A stretch of DNA of 64,000 nt from an uncultured virus (IMG/VR IMGVR_UViG_3300020050_005616) (lineage: Duplodnaviria > Heunggongvirae > Uroviricota > Caudoviricetes), in the IMG/VR virus record IMGVR_UViG_3300020050_005616; one strand, written 5' to 3'. Made by a program: the position numbers and the translations under genes. Shown here one piece after another: positions 28,571 through 40,500 of this stretch. Under the pieces are notes generated by a model. The model was not told where the DNA came from, searched no databases, and was given only the letters and a program-made list of their open reading frames with translations. The number at the start of each line of letters is the position of its first letter. Position 1 is the first letter of the stretch.

Positions 28571-31500
28571 ATGCCAGATAATCAATATGGATCACCTTAT
28601 GTAAGAGGTCCAATTACACCTAATGTTGGTTCTATAACTACCACTCCTTTAACTACAGATTTTCCTGGGTTAAGATCAGGAAGAGCGTTGTCACAAGACG
28701 ATAGAATCAATATGATGAATGGTCAAATAAATCCTAATGATGTAAAACCAGGTAAAACTTATTTATCTGATGTTGCAGGAGATTTGACAGGTAGATATGA
28801 TACTGTTGTCTATGGAGCTAATAATGAAAATGCTTGGGGACAACAACAATCATGGTTAGCTAAAGGTACTAATGGAATATTAAAAGGAACTAATCTTGCA
28901 GCAACAACAGTTGTTGGAGGGTTTGCTACAGTGGGTGGAGCTGTATCAGCTATATTTACAGGAAGACTTGCAGATATATGGGATAACCCTGTAATGCAAG
29001 GAATTGATAAATGGAATAATAAAGTTGATCAAGAATACCTACCTAACTATTATACAGATACTGAAAAGAATGCTGATTGGTATTCTAGAGATAACTGGAT
29101 GACAGCAAACTTTCTATTTGATAAAGTGATCAAGAATAGTGGATTTGCTGTAGGTGCTGTTATATCTGGTAACATGGCTAGTAAAGCACTTGGCTTAGCA
29201 GGTACTGCTATTGGTGAAGCTGCTGCATCTAGAGCATTAGCTATGGAAGCATCACAATCATTTAAATCATTTGCTCCATTATTAAAAAATACAGCAAGAG
29301 CTTTCTCTGTTGGGAAGAATGCTGAAGCTGCTGCTATATTAGAGAAAGAAATAACATCTATAGCTGATGTTGCAGAGAGAACATCTAAGCTTGCTGAGAT
29401 TGCAAAACAAACAAATCAGTTTGCAAAGATAAATGATGTAGGTAAAAGAATAGGTATAGCCACATATTCTCAAGGTGGTGAATCTGCATTTGAAGGATTG
29501 CAAACATCTAATGAATTTAGAAATCAATTAATTGAACAACATAAACGAGGTAACTTTGGTGTAGCACCAAATTCTGAAGAGTTAAAAAAGATAGATCAAC
29601 AAACAGAGAAGGTAGGTAAAACTTCATTCCTTGCTAACATGGCATTACTAACTGCTACAGAATATGTACAGCTTCCTAAATTAATGGGAAGTTCATATGC
29701 TGCTGAAAGACAAGCTGCAAATAGCTTAGCTGGTGTAGCAGATAATGTTGTATTAAGAGAAGGTAAGTATGTAGTTGAAGAAGCTGCTAAAACTAAATTT
29801 GGTAAGCTATATAATAGAGCTAAGGGAGTAGGTAAATATGTATTTGATCCTAAAGAAATGGGTCAAGAGATTGGTCAATATGCTGTACAAGTAGGAACAC
29901 AAAACTATTATAACAAAGCATTCCAAGGAAAAGATGCTAACATATTAGTTGATGGTGTACTTTATGGATTGTTTGGTGAAGATGATTTTGGTAGAGGAGT
30001 GGGAGCATTAAATTCAAAAGAAGGAATTGAAGGTGGTATTATTGGAGGACTTACTGGAGGTGTTATGCAAGCTAAAGGTAATTACCTAATGGGCAAAGCA
30101 ACTAAGACAAACACTAGTAAATTTTTAGAACAACTTAACAATGCACCTACATACAAAGAAGCATTTCAATATAAATTGGATGCTGTTAATAGAGGTGTAG
30201 CACTTCAAGAAGAACAAGAAGATGCAATTATACAAGGTGATGAATTAGAAGCAAAAGATATTAATTCTGATATGATGCATAACTATTTATCTCCACGTAT
30301 CAAATATGGTAGAATGGATATGGTTATGGATGATATCTATGATATGAGACAAACTTCTATGTCACCTGAAGGACTTACATCTCTTAAACAATTAGGACTT
30401 GCTAATGAGAATGATACAGCTGCTACATTCAATGCTAGACTTACAAACTTTGAAACTACAGCTAAGAACACAGAACAAATATACAAGTCTACTAATCTAA
30501 GATATAGTGGTGAACTATTAAAAGATAAAGATGGTCAACCTGTATTAAATGCTAAAGGAGAACAGTTAAGAAAATATTCTGATGCATCTATAGAACAAAT
30601 GATTTATGCTGCTAGTAAAGTGGCTAACTATGATGTAAGGATTCCTCAAGTGTCAGCTCTTCCTGCTGGTGAAGGTATTGACGTACAATCTATTGTAAAT
30701 GAAGAATTAACTAATCCAGAATCTACAGCACTTGCTGATAAACTAGCTGAGCTTGATACTAATCCAGAAGTTAACACAGCAGAGGTTAAACAAAACTTAA
30801 TAGACTCTGTTGAGTTAGCAATGAGAAGAAAAGAATATCTTAAGAACTATAATGATATTATTTCTAACCCAGAAGTTTATAATGAAGAGAGAAAAGAATT
30901 TGAAGGAACTACAGAAGGGCCTAAAGAAACTATCACTATCAAAACTAAAAAGGGTGAGAGAAATATTGAGATAGGTACTGAATATTTCTTAGGAAAAGTT
31001 ACAGGTAAAAGTAAAGAGGATAAAGATGTATATCGTGCTCCTAGATTAGTTGTCTTAGGTAGAAATGAAGATGGTACTATTAAGGTGCAAGACTCAGATG
31101 GTAAGATACATGATCTTAAAGAATCTACACTAGAGAAATATAATCTTGGAAAAGTAGAAACAACATTAAAGAATAGAAAAGCCAAGTTCTATATGGAACA
31201 TTGGAACACTGTCTATGAGTTTAACTTTGGTACAAAAACAGGAGGTAAACAAAAAGGTAGAATTGAATATGATCCTGAGACAAACAAGATGCTCTTTATT
31301 TATAATAATAAAAAAGGAGAGCGTAAAGAAATTGAGGTGACAGGAGATCAGTTTGAACCAAAGAAAGGATTCAAAGAACCTATGATTAAATCAGTAGGTG
31401 AGTTAACTGCTGTTCAACAGAAAGCTTTAACTGATTTTGTTGCTGAGAAAGATCCACGTATAGATGCTAAACGTGAAGCACGTCTTGCTGTATTAAATGA

Positions 31501-34500
31501 ATTGTTTGATACATTAGCTGGAAGACAAGAAAGACTTGATAAAACTATTGAGCAGAAACAACAAGAGCTTACTAAAGCTAAAGATGAATATGCTGCTCTA
31601 GAAAAAGAAATAGAAGAAGCTCAACTTGATAAGCGTACAAAAACTGTTAAGTTTAAAGCTGCTACAACAAGAGCTCTTGAAAATGCTATGCGTCTATCTA
31701 GAATGCAAGAGCAATTAGAAAGAGAGATAGAAGACTTGAAAACAGACTCAGAAGAGATTGAGTTCACTCTTAACTATATTACAGACATGGCCTCTAATAT
31801 AGATGAGTATTCAACTAACTTCAAAGACTTCATGGATGAGCTACAAGATGAAATTGTAGATCTTGAGATATTACAAGAAACAACTCAGAAACAAATCACT
31901 GTTCTATCTAAGTTATCAAGAGATGTACAAGCTGCATTAGACTCAACTATTGATTATTTATCTAAACTTATATCTTCATTTGAATCTAAGTATCCAAATG
32001 TTCCTAGACTTATGGGACAAGACTGGGTTGACTTCTTAAAAGATAATCCTAACTTCCTTAAAATTAAAGCTAATTATCGATCTGACTTACAGATGATTGA
32101 TGATATTGTTGCTGATATGGAAGATGGTGAAGTGGCTCCTAATGAAGAAAGACTAAAAGATCTTACTGATCACTTAGCTATAATGCAAGCATCAATGGAT
32201 GAGGTGCAGAAAGAGATTGAAGCAAAAGAAATTATATTAAATAAATTCAAACAAATTGCTGACAAGTATAAGCAACAACAAGCTGAAGATAAAAGATTAC
32301 AAAATGATCAAGCTCTTCGTGCTGAATACCTAGGAACTAACAGTGACACTGTACAAAGTTTCTTTGGTAAAGAAAGCTATGAAGCTTCTGCTAAGAAAAA
32401 TGATCTTGATTTAGTTAGTTCAACAGTTGCTGTTACTAAAGGTAAACCAGGTGAACAGATTAGAGAACATCATGCAAGAGCAAATCGCTTTGGATTTAAC
32501 ATGTATAAGTTTGAGAATAGAAGTTCTATTCGTGGTGTTGTAGTTACAGCTAAGACACAAGATTCTATTATTCCTGGATTAACAGATTTACTAACCGATG
32601 GTGGAAGAGCTCTTGGTGCTGATGGTAAACCTATCAATCCTAATACTATTGTTGCTCTTGTAATGGTACAAGATAATGAAGATGGTACAATGACATTAGT
32701 AGATGAAAATGGTGTTCCTTTTAATAAAGAACAACTAGCTGATCCTACTAAGTATGGTATTTTCCAAGTGTTCCCTAGTGCTGAACTAGAAGCTAATTAC
32801 AAAGATGAGTCTGGTAAGTCAGTTAGAGGATCTATGTTTAGAAAATCTACTAAAGACTATATACAAACATCATTAAAAGAACAATATGCTAAATGGAGAA
32901 ATGATCGCTTACAAGAAGACGCTCTTCCTGAGCCACAAGATATATCTTCATCATTTGGTATTCCTGATTATGTAACACGTCCAGATGAAAAAGGAAAAGA
33001 GGTAAGAGATTACAATGCTAGAGTTGCTGTAGAAGCTACAGGATTATTAGAAGAAGGAGCATTGATTCAAGATCCAGTATTAATGGTTGCTACAACCAAT
33101 GAATCTGTTAGTTATGGTAAGGTGACATTTGAAACTCCTAAGGGTAGAGTATTCCTGAAAGTTCCTGGTGGATTAGTTAAATTAAAAAATAGACAGTTTA
33201 CAGAAAAAGAAGCTAATACAATATTTGATGTTATACATCAGATTACTAAAAATTCTTCAAAAGATGGCACTGTAAAAACAAAAGAATCACAATACTTACT
33301 TAATTGGTTAAAGAGTGTTGTATACTGGGGTATTGCTAAAAATACACAAACAGGTGAAAGAAAAGATGCTGGGTATAATAATATATGGTTTGAGACTACT
33401 ACAGAAGGCAATAAGTCTTCTACTAAATTATATATGTCAGGTTTACAAACTGAAGGATTTGATTTTACACCAACTGGATTAGAGAATAAAAAATCTGAAA
33501 TTATAGCTATCCTTCAAGGAATGTATAACAATGTGAATGCTACTAAAGTTAATGTAGATTCATTCAAAAAGAAATACACTGAAATAGTAGGTATAGATGA
33601 GAATGGTCAACCTATCAAGAAAGATTGGGATAACTATCAATCGTATCTATTATCATCTGAAGGAAGAATTAATGATGATATTCCTTTGGTTACACAAATC
33701 AGACCATTAACAGATCCTGCTATTCCTAATAAGAAAGGAATCTATTTTACATTAGATTCAACATCTGATGATTATCAAATTCCAGCTCCTCCAGTTGTAG
33801 CTACAGCTGCACCTAAACCAGCTGTTGCCACTACATCAGAAGTTGCTGTTGTTGCTCCTAACGCTGTTGCAAAAGTATATAACTTAGAAGGTGAGACTAA
33901 TGATTATAAATTAGGTCCTTATGGTAATATTCCTTTTAAACTAGATGCACAAAAGTTTATAGATACTAAAGAAGAAGAAGGATTTAGTATTACATTTGAG
34001 GCAGAAACAATGAAAGCATTGATGTCTGCTAAAGACATAGATGAAACTACAGCTAGAGATGTTATATATGCTGCAATAGTAGCTAAGCTAAGACCACAGT
34101 TGGATGCATTCCAAACTAAGTCTAAAATACCTGCAGCTGATGCTCCACAAACTACATTTGTATTAGATGGTGTAGCAGAGAATACTATACAGATAGGAAG
34201 CTATGGTAAAATAATATTTACATTAGATGGTGAAAAGTTTAATGAAACTGGAGAAGGATTTAATATTCAATTCCCTGCTTTTGATTCAGAGGTATTAAGA
34301 AATGTTATGGCTGCTAAGAGTATCACTCAAGCAGAAGCACAACAATTAATAGGTAATAATATATACGCTAAGGTGTCTACACAATTGGAAGCATTAAACA
34401 TTCCTTCTGAGCCTGCTATTGCTACACCATTTACACCTACTGTTGAAGCTGCTCCTGAAATGACTACTGAAGTTACAGAAGAAGGAGAAGCAGTTGTTGA

Positions 34501-37500
34501 ACCAGTTGTACAAAAACCTGCTGGAGTAAATAAATTTGCTAGCAGACAAAGAGGACAAACTCCTGATGATTCATCTATGCGTGTTGCTTTGGCTAAACAA
34601 GCTAAGAAGTTCCAAGGGGAAGACTGGGCTAAATTAGAAGAAGGTATTAAGAAAATGCTTCCTAATGTTCCTTTATATAGAGTGAAGAATATCATTCAAG
34701 CTACCAATGGTAAACAAGCTTGGGGTATGCTTCATCAAGGTGCTATCTATGTATATGAAAATGCTGAGGTGGGTACTGTGTATCACGAGGTATTTGAAGC
34801 TGTATGGAAAATGTTTGCTGATGCAAAAGAAAAAGAAGCAGTACTTAAAGAATTTGCAAGTAGACCAGGAACATTTGTAGATAGAGAAACAGGTAAGACT
34901 GTTGCATATAAAAATGCTACAGCTCATCAAATTAAAGAAGAGCTTGCTGAAGAGTTTAGAGATGCTGTACTTAAAGATAAATTAGGAGAACCAATTGCAT
35001 CAAAAAGTTTGATAGGTAGATTGTTCTCTCAATTGATTGACTTTATTAAGTCTTTCTTTACAGGAGATAGTGCTCAACGTAATACAAAAGAATTATTCAA
35101 TAAGATTGGTAATGGTTACTATGCTACATACAATCCTTATGTTTCACAATTAGCGTATGCTACTAGTGGTGTAATAGATATAGAAAATGCTACAGCTGAT
35201 ACTAGTTCTGATCTTAGAGTTAAGAATATTCCTGCTGTTCAATTACATGAGATTATAGAAGAGATGACATTCATCACACTTAAAGATCTTATTGATAGAA
35301 AAGAAAGCTTATTTGATATAGTTAATCCTAGACAGAAAGAACTATATGAAATGTTACAAGTTAGAATCTTAGATGTTATCGGTCACCAAGCAGATCTTGT
35401 AGAAGATAATGTTGCTAGTGGTGCAACTTCTATAGAAGATTCTATAAAACAATACAATGATATTGAGGCCTTATACAACAATGTTTATGACCAATGGGAT
35501 AATATTATTAAAGAACACAAAGCTAAGCTTAAAACGTTTAATATAGAGTTTGATGAGAACGATGAACTTATATTAGGTGATGAAGATGCTTCTGGAAAAT
35601 CAGACTGGCAAGATGCTAGAAAGATTGACTCATTCAGAAAATCAAATGGTGCTATTAAATTGTTATTAGGAACTCTTCCTATATCACATGTAGTTATTGT
35701 AGATGGAGAAAGAGTTTTGAAAAATACACGTTCTTCTATTGGTGGTGCTATTCTTATGCCTGCTGATGAAGTGTTTATTAAATTAAAGAATAAACTTTAT
35801 GATTCTGTAGATCCTGATGACATGCTTTCTAGACTTAGAGATATGGCTAAAGGTGATCCTACATATGAGAACTTATATAAAAGACTTACAAAGGTTGGAC
35901 CTGCTGAAGATATTAATTTTAAAGCATTAGATCAAAATGGAATACAGTTGCTTTCTGCATTCTGGAAAGCTATGAAGAGTCAAAATGCTGATGCAATATC
36001 TGTATTTATATTACCTAGTGGAGAAGTGGTTGTTAGTGATTCAACATTAACTAGTTCTGCTAAACAAGCTAAGCGTGATATGACCAATACAATGATTGAT
36101 AAAATCAAATCTGATTCTACATACTTCTCTTATGATCCTAAGACAGGAAGATATTTTGCTACAGATAAGATTAGATCAATGGTGTTGAATGGATCTAAGA
36201 TGGAAAGTTATACAGCTCTACTTAAAGAGTTAGGTATTGACTTTGATATTAAAGCATTAAAAAAATTAAATGATAATCAATTAGAAAACTTTAGAGATGC
36301 TGTAGAAGGTATCCAAAATGAATTCATTAGATTAAATGAAAAAGGTAAAGCTAAGACACAAGAAGAAGTAGATGCTGATGAAGCTAATGGAAAAGTTGCT
36401 AGAGGTATTGCATCATTGGCACCTAGAGCATTAGGTATTGAAGGACGTTTATTCCAACTTGGATTAACACAAGCTCTTATTGAAAACAAAGGATTTGAGA
36501 GTACATATTTCAATATGAATGGAGAACGTACACAAACTTATATTGGTGGTAATGCATTAAGTAATATGCATAACGTTCTTTCTAAATTAGATAACATCAC
36601 TGAGTTGTCAAGCAACCCTGCGTACAGTCAATATGAATACTTACGTACAGATGCATTTGCTAAGGGATGTGTAATGTTACAAAATATGTTCAACCTTCAT
36701 CCTACAAAAGGAACAGGTAAACGTATCTTTGGTACAGAGGACTTAATGAAATCTGTATATATTGATGGTACAGATAACCAACGTAGTGGCAAGAAGAAAG
36801 AATCTTCTAAGCTTACAGCTAAAGAAAGAATTGTACAAGAGATAAATCTTAACTTAGATGGGTACTTCTTAAACCTTGTACCTGGAGATGCTTCTATTGA
36901 ATGGGCTGTTAAGATGCTTAACTTCATTGATAGTGATAGTTATGCAGATGATGCTCATCTTGAAATATTCAAAAACTATTTTTTATCTGAAGTGGAACTA
37001 GCTAGAGATGGACGTTTTATTGTTGAGGGTAAAGGAAATAAATCAACAGATTTACGTTTCTTCAAAGCTATACTAGGGGATAAACTTAATAATGAAATTA
37101 CAAAAACAGGTAATCAAGAATATACTGCTTTAGAATTATATGAAGGAAAACCTTCTGTTGGATTCAAAGGATATAAAGGTGAGATAGATGCTGCTGTAAA
37201 TGAGTTTATTAAAAAAGATGCATTAGATACAGAAACTCTTCTTAGAGACTATGGTGTAGTTGGATATGGTGCTGAAGGATTAGAAATTACTGATATAGTA
37301 TTTGATGATAATGTAGAACTAACTGAAGCTAGTTTAAAAGATAATCTTCAAGTGTTGTCAATCAATTATATGATTGCTAACATCGAGATGCACAAATTAT
37401 TGTATTCAGATCCTTATCAATATTCTGATGAGTTGAAACGTATCAAAAACTTTAACTCTCCTAGACAAGCTCTTATGGCTGGATCACAGGATATTAATTC

Positions 37501-40500
37501 TGCACTTGATGCTATCTATAATAAAGGATATAATCCTGGAGATGCTGGGTACACTGATATGACTAATGAATTCTTTAGATCTGTTACTCTTGGCGATGTT
37601 ATGAGTGCAAGTGATCTTAAAGGATATGACCCATATGAAGAAACAGATGGTGGTGGATATATTAGTTTGAAAGCTAATCGTATCTTTGGAATACGTTCTG
37701 GAGAATGGACTAAAGCTAATGAAGCTCAATACAGACATGACATTGCTTTTGAAGAGTTAGTTAAATCTGGAGCAACAGTAAAAGAGATAGAAAAATTTGA
37801 TAGAAACAGTCCTGATATAGCAAGTACATACACCCCTAGAAAACCTATTGTATCTGGTAATAAAGATAATGGTAGAGACTATAATGATGTTGTGATGCAC
37901 AAGTTTGCATTACTTCCTTTATCATTCAGACTTCTATATAAGATAAATCCTGAATCAAATGCTATCAAGTTGTATAATAAAATGCAAAGAGAGAACATTG
38001 ATTACACTGTATATGCATCAGGAAGTAAAGTGGGTACAGAAAAGGTATCTCCTTTATATAATGATAAAGGTGAGTTTGATGAAACTCCATTTGAAGATGC
38101 TAGTGCTGAGGCAAACATATATGAGAAACAAGCTGTTTCAAATATACCATTTGCTATTATGGGTGTACAAGCAGAGGTTCCTTCTAAAGAAGCAGCTTAT
38201 GTAACTCAAGGATCTCAGATAACGAAACTTGCTACAATGGACTTCATGGAAGCTGGTGTACCAATTGATTTTGATTCTTCTACAAAAGATTTCAATACTA
38301 GATTTGTTAAATGGATAAAATTATCTGATGATCAAAAATCAGAACAATCTGAGTTATATAAAGAAATTAAACATAACCAAGAGATGTTACAAGCTAAGAT
38401 AGAGTATGGATATAAATCTCTTCTTAAAAAGCTTGGTTTAAAACAAACATCTAAAGGATTTGAAATAAGCAACATTAAAAAATTAACTGATACATTAAGA
38501 GATGAAATCTTAAAGAGAGAAGTTAACTATAATATCACTGATGCACTTGATGGATTTGAGAAAGGTGATACTGTGTTAGAAGCTACTCCTGCATATCAAC
38601 AAATCAGAAACATATTATATTCTATAGCTGATAAGAATGTTGTATCTCCTAAAATATCTGGAGGTATGAAGGTACAGATTCCTGGTACATTATTAGAATC
38701 TAAAAGACCTGGTAAACAAATAGTTAAAGGTAAGAATGTTTATAGTTCTGACCTACTTAGATTCTATACTAGAAATGAGAATGGTAAGACAATAAATGTT
38801 TGTCAGATAATGATAGCTAGATGGTTTAAATCAGATATGTCTGATGAAGAACTTATGGATTATTTTAACAATACAGAAGAGGGTAGAAAAGAATTTGCAG
38901 CTATCACAGGTGTAGCATTCCGTATTCCTACACAGAAACAAAACTCTATTGATGTATTTGAAATAGGTAAATTCCTTCCAGAAGGATATAAAGACTCAGT
39001 AGTTATTCCTTCAGAACTTGTTAAGAAAGCTGGATCGGATTTTGATATTGATAAGTTGTCAATCTATTTGAAAAACTTATACACTAGCAATGATGGTAAA
39101 CCTAAACAAGTTCCATATTTGGGAACTGGTCAAGAAGCTATTGATAAATTTGGAGAGTTATATAATAATGGAGAATTCAATGAATATCTAAAATCTAAAA
39201 AAGATGCTCTTCCACAAGGATCAGCTGAAGATAGATTGTTTGAAAGTATGTTTCCTGAAGAGTATTCTTTACAGAGAGAAGATGTGATCAATGATCTATA
39301 CAGACAATCATTAGAGAATGAATACATTAGTTCTTTACAGAATTTAATTTCTAATGACTTAAACTTTGATAACTTAATCAAACCTAACTCTGCTGATGAT
39401 TTGAAAAAATTATCAAAAGATATAAATGAAAAACTTGGTAAGACTGAGATTGACTATGGTGCTGTAGGTAACATGTTAAGTAGAGGATTCATGACTAGTC
39501 TTAGACATGCATTTGTTACAGGTAAGTATGCTATTGGTATTGCTGCTGTGAATCAAACAAATCATGCTCAAAATCAACGTAGTCCTATATTTATTGATCC
39601 AACTAAATTGAAAACAGTAATTGATCCAATAGATGAAAAATGGTTAGGTAATGGACAGATTAACTTTCAAGAGTATAACTCAATGATGGTTGATGGTGTT
39701 AAACGTGCCACTCTATCTATGATTAAAAGTGCTGATAAGAAAACATTCATATCTGATACAATAGGACAATTCATTGATGGATATGTGGATATCTCTAAAG
39801 GTCCTTGGATTATGGAGATGGGAGCTTCTCCAAATGTAGCTTCTACATGGATGTTATTAGTTAAACTTGGTGTGCCTATAAACACTGTTGGATATTTTAT
39901 GAACCAACCAGTTGTACGTGAATATTTAAAAACAATTCAGAATAATGGATACTCATGGTTGTTCATTGATAAGTTTGTTGACAATGTAAAATATGATTAT
40001 ATAGGTGGAGAAGATGTAGAAGTTACATCTATCCCTAGTGAAAAAGAATTATTTGAAATGGTTGGTAAGTCTGCTGAAGACATGAGTCCTACAGAATTGG
40101 CTCAACAACAATTTATATTAGATGAGTTCTTGAAATATGCTATGATGGCTAATCATTTATTCCAAGTGACACAAGGTTCTAACTTTGATACAGCTACAAT
40201 CAATGATCCATATTTAGTAACTAAGAAAAGAGTACAATTAGAGAAAGCTAGAAATACAATATTCTCTTCTGTAAACAAAGAAGGTGACATAATAGCTGCA
40301 GTGGACAGTATCCTTGATAACTCATTTATTGGTCCTCTTGCAGAAGTTATATATGGTGTACGTAATGCATTTGCTGAAATATTGATATCTGATAAAAAGA
40401 ATATCAGAAAAGTGATGGAAAGTGTATTAATCCCTTATGCAGATTTAAATGATAGAGATTTTATTAAAGTGAGTCAGAAAGCAGTGAATGATCTATTTGA